Shown here: positions 51,675-64,000 of the stretch, piece by piece
Layout: each line of letters begins with the position of its first letter
How positions within the stretch are numbered: the first letter of the stretch is position 1
NCBI RefSeq assembly: GCF_006345805.1
Contig: NC_043005.1
Coordinates: forward strand, 48,546,001 to 48,610,000
DNA length: 64,000 nucleotides
Origin: Octopus sinensis
Lineage: Eukaryota
Direction of reading: 5' to 3'
Translations under genes and position numbers: made by a program
The notes under the pieces: generated by a model
The model's database searches: none
Told to the model about the DNA's origin: nothing
Seen by the model: the letters and a program-made list of their open reading frames with translations, nothing else

Positions 51675-51710
51675 CTTTGACGTTTCAAGCCTACGTTCTT
51701 CAACCGAAAA
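51675..51710 (-). ncRNA. Decayed family B minimal hammerhead (CGGUUGA core)
   Basis: TTTT CGGTTGA A GAAC gtag GCTT GAAA C GTC AAAG, within element about 51587-51800 that is homologous to 28365-28532. Confidence 0.55.
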
Positions 51711-51879
51711 GATTGTGGGGAAAATAAATGTGGTGAGAACAAGAAAAACGGAAAGGGAAAAAATTGTGTAAGGATTTACGGTTCAACATGAAAAATATTA
51801 ATACATACATACATACATATATATATATATATAGATAGAGATAGATAGATAGATAGATAGAGCGAGAGACAGACAAACG

Positions 51880-51952
<73 letters not shown>

Positions 51953-51953
51953 G

Positions 51954-51988
<35 letters not shown>

Positions 51989-52907
51989 GAAATATTTATC
52001 AAAAACAATAATATACAACGGCAAAAGTCTACCTAAAACAATATTGCCAAAACATACTATGGCCAGAATCATTAAACGTCAGAGAAAATTCTTTGAGGAG
52101 TGCCTCAAGGCATTTTGGTCCGGATCTTTACATTTCTGAATTCAAATATCGCGGGAAGTCAGCTTTACCTTTTAGCCTCCAGAATTGATAAAAATAAAGT
52201 AACAGTCAAGTTTTGCATTGGCATTATCGACTTTTCCTCCTCTTTGAAAATTGTGCCATATTAATGGCAAAAATCTGTCGGAACTGATGTTTTGAACATG
52301 ACGTACAGCGGTGAATTGGCAAAATAAACTGAGTAAAGATCAAGATTTTCTTGCGTCTCTTTATGTTCTCAGTTCAAATCCAGCCGATGCCAGGTCAACT
52401 TTACCTTTTGTTATTCCGAAGTCGCTAAAATAGAATAGATGAGAATAATGCTTTTGAGTTAATTCTATCACCAGCTTACTGCCTAGCGTGAATATAATTA
52501 GCAAAAAATGCATAATGAAAGGACTTTAAAAGAACAATCACATAGAATCGTCCGTCACACTGGTTACCGAGTGGGGCGGGACGAGATCTCGGGTAAAGGG
52601 TCTTATAGAAAAATATATTGCGGTTTCCCATCGATGCCGATACAAGGCAGCAATAAGCCAGCAACATACTCCAGGAGAAGAAGGCGCGTGTCCCAGGACC
52701 CCAAAATGGGCCCGGGAGGGAAGGAACAACTGTTACACTTTGGCAATTGAAAAGAAAAATTGGCTGGTCAATATCCATAGTCTTAGTTGGTCACGCTTGA
52801 AAATCCAGTGTATAAGTATTTTAGTGATTACACATAAACACATGTGCGCATACACACACACATATGTATATATACATATATGTGTGTGTGTTTGTTTGTG
52901 TGTGCGC

Positions 52908-52976
52908 GGAGGCGCAATGGCCCAGTGGTTAGAGCAGCGAACTCGCGGTCGTAGGATCGCGGTTTCGATTCTCAGA
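52908..52976 (+). mobile_element. Isolated tRNA-like SINE head
   Basis: GGAGGCGCAATGGCCCAGTGGTTAGAGC...GGTTTCGATTCTCAGA, the same head as 16918-17201. Confidence 0.75.
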
Positions 52977-53654
52977 TACACACGCACGCACACACACACA
53001 CACACACACAAACTTTTATATATTACATAAGTGCACCTCAAGAAGGCCAAAGATTTAAATCGATTAAATATTTAATGTTTTTTAAAAATGAGACACACAC
53101 ACACACACACACCACACACACACACACCAACATACACACACACACACACACACACACAACACACGCGCGCACACTAATGACATTTGCTTTAGACAGACCA
53201 AATGGAGGAGATGCTTGAGGACTCTACTCCTATGATATTCCCAGAAATTATGGTCAGAGAAGAATGGATGGATGGATGGATTTAATTCTATCCTCACAAA
53301 ATCCCAGGCTTTGTGCCCATATTAGAAAGGAAATAATTAAGAGCAATTAATTGGCAGAATCTTTAGAGTGTCAGACAAAATGCCGAACAGAATCTACCTC
53401 TGCTCTTTACGTTCTGAGGTCTAATCCTGCTGGGGGTCACTTTTGCATTTCACTCTTTCGGCGTCGATTAAATAAAATACCAATTAAGTACTAAGTTAAT
53501 ATAATCGACTAGTCCCCTGACTTACATTTCAGTTGTTGCACCTTTATTAAAACAATTAAGGGAGGCGGTTTTGGTAGAATCACTAGTGCGCCAAACAAAA
53601 TATGTTATAGTATTCGCTCCATCTCTCTACGTTCTAGTTTAAAGATCGTGAAGG

Positions 53655-53943
53655 TACGTGGCTTAGAGGTTAGAGTTTTCGCTCACGATCGTAAGATCAT
53701 GGGTACGATACCTGGCGGCGCGTCGTAAACTCGCGCTAGACACTGTATTTCACATTGCTCCAGTCCACTCAGCTGGTAAAAAATGAGTTTACCTGTATTT
53801 CAAAAGGCCACCCTTATCACGTTCTGTATCATGCTGAATCTCCCTGAAAACTATGTTAAGGGTGCGCATCTGTAGAGTGCTCAGCCACATCCGTCGATCG
53901 GATTAACTGGAACCGTCGTGGTCATAAAGGACAGAAAACCAGT
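53655..53943 (+). mobile_element. tRNA-derived SINE with CORE-like block
   Basis: GTGGCTTAGAGGTTAGAG head and TATTTCACATTGCTCCAGTCCACTCAGCTGGTAAAAAATGAG block. Confidence 0.7.
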
Positions 53944-54586
53944 TAGTTTTGAAATTTCACCATAGTACCAAACGAATACTGAGGTCGATGTAACCGACTA
54001 GACAGCTCTCCGCAGACCTTCTTGTCTTGAGCATAAATTAATAGCAGCCACTTATTAATTGTTGTGTGGGGGCGGTATGTTAACGAAATAGGCCCAAAGG
54101 CCACCAAAAGAGGTTGAAGCAGGATTGTCACTCCGACTTCGTAAAATCCTCAGCAGCAAGGTCTACCCAAACAGGCTCCTGAGTTGGAGGGTTGTCACAT
54201 GGGTGGCGAAAGGTGTCATCGCCAGAAGTAGGCAATCACCAACAAAATGATGGATTCAGCGATGTTATAGAGCATGCTTCCAAACTACTACTACTACTAC
54301 TACTTAGTTGTTTGATTATTTTCCCTTGATGCCACAGCATGTCTCTGTCAACATCTCAGCTTATGGTATGACTTTAAACTGTATGTGGTAGTGGGGCCCT
54401 AGATTGGGAATTCCAGGGTTTTCAGGCATAAGAAACTAACGCTTAGTCACTATTATTCCAAGAACTACACTGATCCGAAATAGTATCAACTCTCAGGGTG
54501 CCAGCCGTGGGTTAATTAGCTTGAAAAATAGAAGCCAGGTCTAAGTATGAGAATAAACTGCTCCGGTCCAATTCACAAAAGTCTTC

Positions 54587-55193
54587 TTATTTCATTATTG
54601 CCCACAAGGGGCTAAACATAGGGGGGACAAGCAAGGATAGATACAGGGATTAAGTCGATTACATCGACCCCAGTGCATAACTGGTACTTAATTTATCGAT
54701 CCCGAAAGGATGAAAGGAGAAAAGGCAAAGTGGACCTGGGCAGAATTTGAACTTAGAACGTAAAGACAGACGAAATACCTATTTCTTTACTACCCACAAG
54801 GGGCTAAACATAGAGAGGACAAACAAGGACAGACAAACGGATTAAGTCGATTACATCGACCCCAGTGCGTAACTGGTACTTATTTAATCGAACCCGAAAG
54901 GATGAAAAGTAAAGTCGGCCTCGGCGGAATTTGAACTCAGAACAAAGGACTGACGAAATACCTATTTCTTTACTACCCACAAGGGGCTAAACACAGAGGG
55001 GACAAACAAGGACAGACAAACGGATTAAGTCGATTATATCGACCCCAGTGCGTAACTGATACTTATTCAATCGACCCCGAAAGGATGAAAAGCAAAGTTG
55101 ACTTCGGCAGAATTTGAATACAGAGCGTAGCGGCAGACGAAATACCGCTAAGCATTTCGCCCGGCATGTTAACGTTTCTGCCAGCTCGCCGCC
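54587..55193 (-). mobile_element. Meta/MESC-core SINE trimer (one full head plus tandem units of about 183-190 bp)
   Basis: Units start near 54587, 54778 and 54961. Only the rightmost has the GGCGGCGAGCTGGCAGAAACGTTA A-box head. Confidence 0.93.
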
Positions 55194-56673
55194 TCACGAG
55201 AGGCTCCTTGGCAAGGCCAAGCAGCCGTTAACCACTTGATCCATAGTAACGTTGAAATTATAGAAACAGTATGGTGGACGCGAACTATTTCGGCAGATGA
55301 ACTTATTGAGTCAATGGCGAATACCACTTGATGCGAGTGGATAAAAGGTCAAGAAAGAAATTGTCAACGACCAGGATCAACCAGTGCACTTATTTCATCT
55401 AGGGTTGTGGCGTGCAAAGATGAGACATTCAGCTCTCGAAAGACCAATATGACTTACTAGTCCGAGCAAGTCGAGCAACCAAATTATGATGAATGGCCTT
55501 AAAAACTGTTTATTGTTAACGTCAGTATCTCTCTATGTTCCGTAACGTAGTGGTTTGTTATAGAAATCGATAAAATATGCACCATACTGAAATAATTACT
55601 GGAGCCGATATGATCAACCGAAACATTTGAAGGTTCTACTCTTTAATATGGCTGCAATCCAAAAACTGAAACCAATAAAAGAATAAAAACTCCATGTTTT
55701 ATTATTTTATTTATATTTTTATTTTTTTATTATCCTACTTAGTCAAATCCTGCCGAGGTAGACTTTAGATTTTATACCTCCGGGATCGATAAAAGAAAAT
55801 AGCTGTCAAATGCTGGAGTCGATGGCGTCGGCTTTCCCTTCCTCTCAATATTGCTGGTTTCGTGCCTAAATTAGAAGCAATTGTAGTCTATGTAAAATGT
55901 AGTAGTAGTAGTATTAGTGGTGGTGGTGGTGGTGGTGGTGGTGGTGGTTATACCACCGTCGCTGCCATTGTCGGTCGTAGGAAATCGAACTCTGAATCCA
56001 CTTGTGCTGCATTTCTTGTATTAACGCCTATTTTACAGAAAAAAACCCCCAGAACACTATTGACAGTGATTCAAAGCTTTACCAAATATTTTTCCTAATA
56101 CAGAAAAGACAGTTCTGGCGTAACTTTGAAGTCACTGACATGTTTATAAATAGATATGCTTAGATGAATATACATACACACATCCATACACATATACATA
56201 CATATATACACTTCATATCCATAACACACACACACACACACATTCTTAAATTAAATTAAGAAGTATTAATTATATGAAATCGGTTCATTAGCGAAAAAAA
56301 AATGGCCCAAACTTTTTAGAAGGAAGTTTTCGTTTTGTTTTCAGCACTTTCGCTGTTTACAGCATTTCAAAAACACGTGTTATGAGATAATCCCTATATG
56401 CATGTATATATATATATATACATGTAGCAATTTCATTTGCGATTTAACCCTGGAGTTTACTGCTCTAAGCTACCCAACGAGTATAGACTACCAGATACGT
56501 CTTCCGAACGTGTCAATATAACGATAGAGCTTCATTATATTGCACTATTCATATTGTATAATAAGATAGCGATACTCTTCAGTTCGAAAGTCGATGAAAC
56601 ACTTATAAACTTATGTAATAAAACAGCTTGCTCGCTCCACTGTCTTTGTTAATAATTATATAGATATATATAT

Positions 56674-56728
<55 letters not shown>

Positions 56729-56790
56729 TAAAAACGGTAAGATAACAAAAGAAAGAAAGAGACCTCAATATTATGTAAATAGAGGAAATT

Positions 56791-56988
56791 TATCTGTAAA
56801 ATAATATGTGACAATTATTCAATAGCGAAGATAAAACTCTGAGTTTCGGATGCCGAGGTGGAAATCCACAACACCATCTCTTCGATGATGGTCAGATACC
56901 GAAGAGATGGTGTTGTGGATTTCCACCTCGGCATCCGAAACTCAGAGTTTTATCTTGGGTATTGAATAATTGTCACATAATATTTTAC

Positions 56989-56993
<5 letters not shown>
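56791..56993. mobile_element. Near-perfect hairpin (94-bp arms, 2 mismatches, 15-nt loop) in a PLE-terminus-like element
   Basis: 56791-56884 is the reverse complement of 56900-56993 except at 2 positions. Element about 56725-56993 lies inside (TA)n. Confidence 0.95.
56894..56955 (+). ncRNA. Hammerhead variant (CCGAAGA core)
   Basis: AGATA CCGAAGA GATG gtgtt GTGGA tt TCCAC ctcgg CATC c GAAA CTC a GA GTT t TATCT. All three stems are present, with U4C and one extra nucleotide at stem I. Confidence 0.6.
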
Positions 56994-57031
<38 letters not shown>

Positions 57032-57637
57032 TATGTGTGTGTGTGCGTATGCAATGTATATATATTACATATATGTATATGTATGTATATATAGGCACAC
57101 ACATACATATACATATGTGTGTATGTGTTGTATGTTAGTGTGTTTTGCTGTACCTTATGACTTCACACTCATTTGATGTATTATTTGGCGGGGGAAGGGG
57201 TAACATGATTTTTATGTACTCAAGACTGTTATAGTCATATGTATTAATATGTATCAAATTCTACCACACAAGATGGTTAACTCTAGTTAGGGTATCATAA
57301 ATTGAATAACAACAGTTTTATTTATTTGTTTTGTTTTATATTTCAATTTTTAGTGCAAAATATGAAGACAGTGGAAATACATGAGCCCACAGTTTCGACC
57401 GATTAACTTAGAATTATGTAGTAATGCAAAACCAAGATGGACATATCGAAGTAACTCTAAGATCTTGTTTTAAATCTGGGTGACATTGGTACGGTCACTC
57501 TACATGTTAGAAATGGCAAATAAGAGAAGCATGTATTAATGAATAATGACGTTCTCGATATACTAACTTCAAATTACACCTTTGATTAATATTGCTAACA
57601 TAAAGTATAATAGACAGTACTAATATAAAATGTAATA

Positions 57638-58003
57638 AGGCGTGGTTGTGTGCTAAGCTTGCTTCCCAACCACATGGTTCCAGGTTCAGTTCCGCTGCGA
57701 AGTACCTCGGGCAAGTGTCTTCTACTAAAGCCTTAGGCCGACCAAAGCGTTGTTAGTGGATTTCGTAGACTGGATCTGAAAGAAGTCCGTCGCGTGTACA
57801 TGTGTGTATGTGTGCCCCACACTAGTGCTTGACAACTACTGTTGGTGTGCTTACGCCTTTGTAACTTAGCGGTTCGGCAAAAATTAATGATAGAATTAGT
57901 ATCAGGCTTCAAAAAATATATTAGGAGCGATTCATTCGCTAAAAATTCTTCCAGGCGATATCCCTGCATGGCTGCAGTCTAATGACTGAATGAAGTAAAA
58001 GAT
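57638..58003 (+). mobile_element. OR-like SINE, full length
   Basis: GGCGTGGTTGTGTGCTAAGCTTGCTTCCCAACCACATGGTTCCAGGTTCAGTTCC head and GCAGTCTAATGACTGAA tail. Confidence 0.85.
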
Positions 58004-58211
58004 TTTATAAAAAATAAAAAATTCCACTAGAGCACAATATAGGCTTGTTAAACGAAAACATTTGTTTAATACACATCCCTAGAATATTAAAAGTAAATAT
58101 TGTAATACATTTAAAAATATTGTAACACATAATAAACTAGTATGAAGTAGTATAAATAGTACAAATATAGTATAAGAATATCTCTAATTTAGTACATTAG
58201 AATATAAACAA

Positions 58212-58607
58212 CTAGCAGTTTTGCCCGGCGTTGCTCGGGTTTGTAAGGGAAATAACTGTATAAGCATTTTTAGAGATGTAAAGTATAATAGCCATCTCAA
58301 TATGGCTAACCACAAAGGATGGGGTGTTACTGTAGCTTTTTACGTTCTGAGATTTAATAATACATTTTTAGAGAGTTACTTCCCTTATATAATAGCAAAA
58401 AAATGCATTAAAAATGGGAAAAAATTATGGTAATTTTTTTTTAAATCATAGACTCATCGTAGACGCGCGCTAATACCCAGAAGGGCTCGATATGAATCAC
58501 GACTATAAGATACCCGCTTTTGGTTACACTGCACCGCAAAATGTGGGAGTAGTTAGGAATCTAAATCATAGGAGACAGACACACAACTTCACTTTTATAT
58601 ATAAAGA
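58212..58607 (-). mobile_element. Non-autonomous Helitron
   Basis: Minus strand A|TCTTTATATATAAAAG ... hairpin CCCGAGCAACGCCGGG ... CTAG|T, with no TSD. Confidence 0.9.
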
Positions 58608-58633
58608 TTTTAAAAATTAGATTTATATATAGA

Positions 58634-58945
58634 CTAGCTATTTTGACCCATGCTTCGCTCGGGTTTTGATGGTGGTGTTGTTTTGTGCGTGTTGTCTCCT
58701 TTTCCCTTTCTTGTTTTGTTCGTCTTCTCTGCCTTTCCCATATTCCTCGCCATGGCAACCAAACGGTAGCCCCGAGCGTCTTGCAACCATCTTCACACCA
58801 TTGCCCACCCGATTTTACCCCCCAGTGTAAATTTTAGCGCCAATCCGACCCCATCTACCGCCCCTTAAACCGTTCCCATCCCAAAATGAGACAAATAACC
58901 AAGAAATCAAACAACTTTTTCGCATTTCAGCTTTATAGATATTGA
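58634..58945 (-). mobile_element. Second non-autonomous Helitron, different family
   Basis: Minus strand A|TCAATATCTATAAAG ... ACCCGAGCGAAGCATGGGT hairpin ... CTAG|T. Confidence 0.8.
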
Positions 58946-59169
58946 TATAACTTAATGAATTAATTTTTTGAATGACAATTAAACCAAGATTACATGTCAG
59001 GGTTGGTAAATTAGTTTTCAAAGATTAGTACTAAATTTTTAAAATGGAAAGTAATCCCAAATGTGTATCCAATAGATTGAGAGTGGTGGCGGGTAGAAGA
59101 GATGCATGTAATCGTATATAGTCATTTTATAAGACAATAGCCAACAAGTATATATGTATGTATATGATG

Positions 59170-59423
59170 GACTCTCCTGTCGAAGGCGACGTATGAGTGT
59201 TCAACATTTTTTGCCGAACTACCTGCACAAATGATTTGTCTATAGTGATTAAATATTCGTGCCGAACATTAGCTCACACCTTCCTTCAAACCGGCGTTAC
59301 CTGAACAGGTGCACGGTGTACAACGCGTTAGGTGTCGAAACGATTGTAGAGCAACTTGAGATGAAGTGTTTTGCTCAAGAACACAACGCACCACCCAGTC
59401 TGGGAATTGAAACCGCGATCTCG
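59170..59423 (-). mobile_element. tRNA-derived SINE with CORE-like block, truncated head
   Basis: GGTTTCAATTCCCAGACTGGGTGGTGCGTTGTGTTCTTGAGCAAAACACTTCATCTC on the minus strand. Confidence 0.7.
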
Positions 59424-61332
59424 CAGCACACACTCAAGTGAATCCTTCACACACAGACATATACGTGTGTGTGTGTTTGTGTATGTGTAAAGGATAGGAT
59501 GGTTCTAATTTACTTCGTTGATGATTTAATATATGCAATAAGGCTGTTATCTTCAAAAATTAAATCTTCTCGCATCAACTATTCTAAATTAAAATAAAAC
59601 CCTAATATCAGTCCTAAAATGTACTTGATTACTGTACAATCTGACAACCCTGAGTGCAACCATCTTGAGAGTGGGCAATATGCATAGCCAAAGTTTCCTG
59701 GTGTGAAGTAAATGAAAAATAAAATCATCGTGATGGGACGCCAGTATGTTTCTTGAACCTTTCCCCGACAACCTAGAAAATGGATATTGGTATTTTGAGC
59801 TTTAGAAATCTATGAGTTCGTTCGTTATCCGTCTTCTGTGGCGCACAAATAACCGAAAGCACAACATCCATCCCACCCTCGCTGAATGGGAGAAGGAAGG
59901 CGGTCCGTTGCAGAGTCACTCATTTACCAGTGAGTGGGAAAAAAAATAAAAACATAACGTATCGCTTGGTCCCCGGAATCGAAACCAAAATGTTACGAAT
60001 ATGAACGAATACTCCTAACCACTAAGCCACGTACTTTCAGTCAGTCAGTTGACGAACTGAACGTAATAACTTAGTATGTAGTGTCATACTCAGAAAAACG
60101 CGCGCACACAGAAAAATACACACATATATAGACATTCACTAAGCGTTTTACTTGTGGGTTTGGCTCGTGGTGTCCACATCAACAGATCACACTTAATCAT
60201 CCATAAGGCCGTCAAAAGCTACATATGCAAATTACTCGGACTAAAAATATTTCTTTAGATCAATAAAGCAAATTTGAAGTTCTCTAGTGTTGGAAAATAA
60301 ATAACAAAAAGCATCATGGGACTCCTTGCATCAGCATTTATGAATCCCTCGATTGCGTTCAAAAAATAGAACACCCACTTGTGAAGTCTCTAGAATTCCC
60401 TGGGAGAGAAAACAAAAGAAACTTAATTCTTAAACCAAAACAGTAATTTCATATAAGCTACACTTGTGAATTTATATAATTAAAGATACATTATTCGTGT
60501 CAGTCGCCCGCTGACACTCGTTGAGGTTACATCGAAGAGGCCAGGGAACAGAAGAAAGAAGACATGCACCCAACACCAGAGTTGAAGACACCTCCGAAAG
60601 TGGAGGCTCCGCCACGTCAGAACGGTAGAGGAGTAGGGGCCGAAACCGGACGTGGTTCCTCCAAATGATGTCTTGAGCTAACTGGATCCTATAAAGGAGC
60701 TGTTGTGGTAGCAGACCACGAAACACGGTTGAAATTCCTTCCTTCAACACAGATGTGCCATCGCAGATTCTCTGCACTCGGAGTTCACGTCTGATATAGT
60801 AGGATCTCCACTTCTTGTCTACTTTACAACTTAACTATGAATTATGAAATTGCAGCTAAATCTTCCTCGAAACACACCGTTTAAAAAGAAAAGAAAAAGG
60901 ACACTGAGGTACGCAGTCGTAAATTACCAAAATATTAATGGTCACGACTAGAACGTCTTTGAACATAAGTATGATCTCTCTCAGTTCTAATTTGATGCTA
61001 GGTAACATCAAACACTACAACAACAACAACAATGACGACGACGACTACAACACCACCACCATCAACAACTTGACAAGAACAACACCAACAACACCACGAC
61101 TGTAGCAGCTACAAGATGCCTCTACGTGATCACATGTACAGCTAGACATAGCAGCCAAATCTCTCTTACATCTCACACTTCCGTCTTGAAAAAGGGTCAG
61201 TCACATTGGATAATATATTTCTAGATACTCTGAAAAAGGCTAGATGGTCACGATTGGACCATCTTTGATAATAGAGTTGATATATCAGAACTGGCCTGGT
61301 ACAAAACAGCATTCGTGTAAATAAATAAATAA

Positions 61333-61385
<53 letters not shown>

Positions 61386-61399
61386 AATGAGTGTATAAA

Positions 61400-61797
61400 A
61401 ATAGCTGTGAGGTTAAGAAATTGGTATGCAGCCACGTGGTTTTGGGTTCAGTCCCACTGCAAGTGAGTAGACATTGGGAGACGATTTGGAAGCTATGTGA
61501 AAGCCAGTTGTACGGAAGTCCGCTGTGTGTGTGTGTGGGGGGGGGTCTATGGGTCTTTGTGTTTATGTTTGTCAGCGGACCCCCACAATTGTTATACAAC
61601 TAGTTGGTATGATTACGTCCCCATAATTATGTGGTTCGGCAAAAGAGACCGATAGAAGTGTCAGATTTAAAAACAAAAACAGAACTACCGGGGTCAATCT
61701 GTTCGACTAAAACTCTGCAATGTGGTGCCCCAGCGTAGACACTGCCTAATGATTGAAACTAGTAAAAGATAAAAGAGATCTTAGAATTAAAGCATAT
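61400..61797 (+). mobile_element. OR-like SINE, diverged
   Basis: GGGTTCAGTCCCACTGC, GGTTCGGCAAAAGAGACCGATAGAA and GAAACTAGTAAAAGATAAAAG blocks. Confidence 0.8.
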
Positions 61798-62774
61798 ATG
61801 TGTTCCTTGTACAACCAGCGATCAGAGCTCGATAACAGGTACCAATTTTTCGCTGGATACCTTAGGTACTTATGGAGTCCTGGGTAGATACAGACATCTC
61901 AAACCCAACTTCATTCTTGACCCAACGGATAATCCAGCAAAGATGGGAGAAATGCTGAATGAATAGCAGCGTTCAAGAGTATAATGCCCCACCCAGTGCA
62001 GCAACTGAGCCCCGCAACCTTTGCTCATGAACTGCCTCGTGCAATCTCCCACCAACTTCATAGGAATTGTGAACGGAGATGGACGGATGTAGATAACAGT
62101 GTAAACAATCTATAGACGACGAATTGACTAAATTGTTCAAACGTAGGACTATATGCTATGTGTTCATTTATTCTGGCTCCATGCACTTTGAGTTCAAATC
62201 CGGCCGAGTACAAGTTTGTATTCATCGTTTCGAGACGTAATTGTTGGAGTGCCGGACGAGGTATTTGGCAGTGTTTCTTCTTGATTTTTTATGTTCTTGG
62301 ATGGTATACTTAATCTATCGCCTATATAAACACTACCACCTGGTCCTTGGGTGTCTTTAGCGAAGCCTACTCAGTTGCAAGCATTCAATCCTCCCCCAAC
62401 TGTCTTAGTTAAACACTACTGAAACTAGACTTGTCTTTTGTATGCAAAATATGTTCAGATAATATTTTGCTCAATCAGATCCTTTCAAGGCGTTGGCAGA
62501 TTTATCGAATCAAAACTCGGGCTACGATGTTGGCCAAACTGTGTGATATGCGCGGGGTAGAACAGGCACAACACCGACTTTTCGAACATTAATGGGCAGA
62601 CCAGAACCTCTTATGATCCGCACTAGTTTACGAATATGAACTTTAAATTCCCACAGCTGTCAGACTAGATTAATGGGCAGCATTGTCGCACAATACTTTG
62701 TACAGTATAGTATTCATAAAATTGTATCCTTTATACTAAGGAACAGGGACCTATATTTCATTTAATTATTTTTT

Positions 62775-63159
62775 TATTTTTTATTCTTTTACTTGGGTCA
62801 TCCTGAAACACCACTTTAAGGGGTTTTGGTCGAACAAATAGACTCCAGCTCTTATTCTTTATAAGCTTGATGCTTATTCTATCGGTATCTTTTGCCGAAT
62901 CGCTAAGTTACGGGGATGTAAACACACCAACACCGGTTGTCAAGTGATGATGGGGGACACAAACACACAAATATATACATATATGCATATATATACTACG
63001 GGCGTCTTTTAGTTTCCTTCTACCAAATCCACTCACAAGGCTTTGGTTGGCCCGAGGCTATAGTAGAAGCCACTTGCCCAAGGTGTCATGCAGTAGGACT
63101 GAACCCGGAACCATGTGGTTGGGACGCAAGTTTCTTACCACACAGCCACACCTGCGCCT
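62775..63159 (-). mobile_element. OR-like SINE, full length
   Basis: Same block order as 37831-38285, with head AGGCGCAGGTGTGGCTGTGTGGTAAGAAAC. Confidence 0.88.
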
Positions 63160-64000
63160 TATTTAAATAAATTTAATAATTGTGTAACTTAAAGATCACC
63201 ATTCTCGGTTCGACAAAACCAATAATTCAGAAAGGCTTTGGAACCAAAAGTTTCGAGAAATCGGTGTTGTACATGTATGTTATGAAGTGCAATGATGCTA
63301 TTGCTGTGTTTAGCCCTGATTGAGTTCTGATCGGGTAGTCTTATGGCATATCAAACGGCTAGGCATAAACCATAAATAAGTTATATCATGCCTCAACCTA
63401 ATTGAGGGCCAAAGTGCAAACCCCAACATGCAGCTTTTAAGTGCATGAAATGGTGCAGTGTGACAACCTTGATATGTATTCTCACCATTCTCTGATATAT
63501 TTCTGAGCAAAGATATATTCCAGCCATTTCCATACTGACCTTTTCTCTGATATCATACGCCTAGGAATACATAATTCCACGTGCCCTTTCTGTTATAAAA
63601 ATGTAGAGCGGCATTTAAGAGAGATTTTTAAAACTATTTCTTGCACGTCGCGCGAGACGTCACAAAGAGATTCCCTCGTTTTCCAGGAAGGAGGGCCTCA
63701 GTTATTTTTAAAATTCCAAGCACTTGGCCCTTCGCTTCTCGTAAATTTAAGCTCACATTATCCAATGTGTCCTTTCAAGTCAGTAAGGATGTGAAGGAAT
63801 TTGACAGCTATTTTAATTACCACAAAGAAGATATTGCATTAGCACGGTTTTGTTTTTATTTTGTTTTGGTGAGTGGGGACGGTTTTATTTCGATAACATG
63901 TATGTAACTCCTGACGAACCGATTTCACAGAAGCAATCCTTCACGAAGAGGGGACTCTTCTGCAGTACCCATCACAGTTTCTGGGCTCGCTTGCGTTGCA

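Larger units (their letters stand above)
50673..53185. repeat. Long inverted repeat, arms about 215-245 bp around a 2.05-kb spacer
   Basis: 50673-50918 and 52972-53185 are reverse complements, including TAAATATTTAATCGATTTAAATCT.TGGCCTTCTTGAGGTGCAC and both (TG)n tracts. Confidence 0.88.

Noticed and set aside
52476-52778. Complex-looking ORFs of 80-100 aa
   Set aside because: No recognisable motif on either strand, so not called as CDS.
52908-52976. tRNA gene
   Set aside because: A and B boxes are present but there is no closed acceptor stem or terminator, and it matches the SINE head at 17201.
63910-63960. CTGACGA...GAAG hammerhead-like string
   Set aside because: No GAAA and no supportable stems I or III.

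Overview
AT-rich, repeat-saturated animal genomic DNA, most likely octopus. That is inferred from the dense (TA)n/(CA)n/(TAGA)n/(CATA)n microsatellites, tRNA-derived SINEs with internal microsatellites and Meta/MESC-core SINEs; it is not proven. No intact host protein-coding gene is visible, and almost all ORFs in the track are microsatellite translations. Recognisable content: a decayed Penelope-like element (PLE; RT plus GIY-YIG, about 36.8-40.1 kb, minus) broken by four nested insertions, a second GIY-YIG remnant, three mariner pseudogenes (one with perfect 27-bp TIRs), a fold-back Tc1/mariner derivative, MITEs, two adjacent non-autonomous Helitrons, many SINEs and a 100-N gap. The most notable signal is about a dozen type I hammerhead ribozyme (HHR) motifs in several different short elements, read by eye. 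Four have fully canonical cores; others have variant cores (CUGUGGA, CCGAAGA) or are decayed. Several sit in head-to-head inverted duplications ending at or near (TA)n tracts. Three candidate Pol II core promoters are also noted. All structures were hand-folded and no searches were run.
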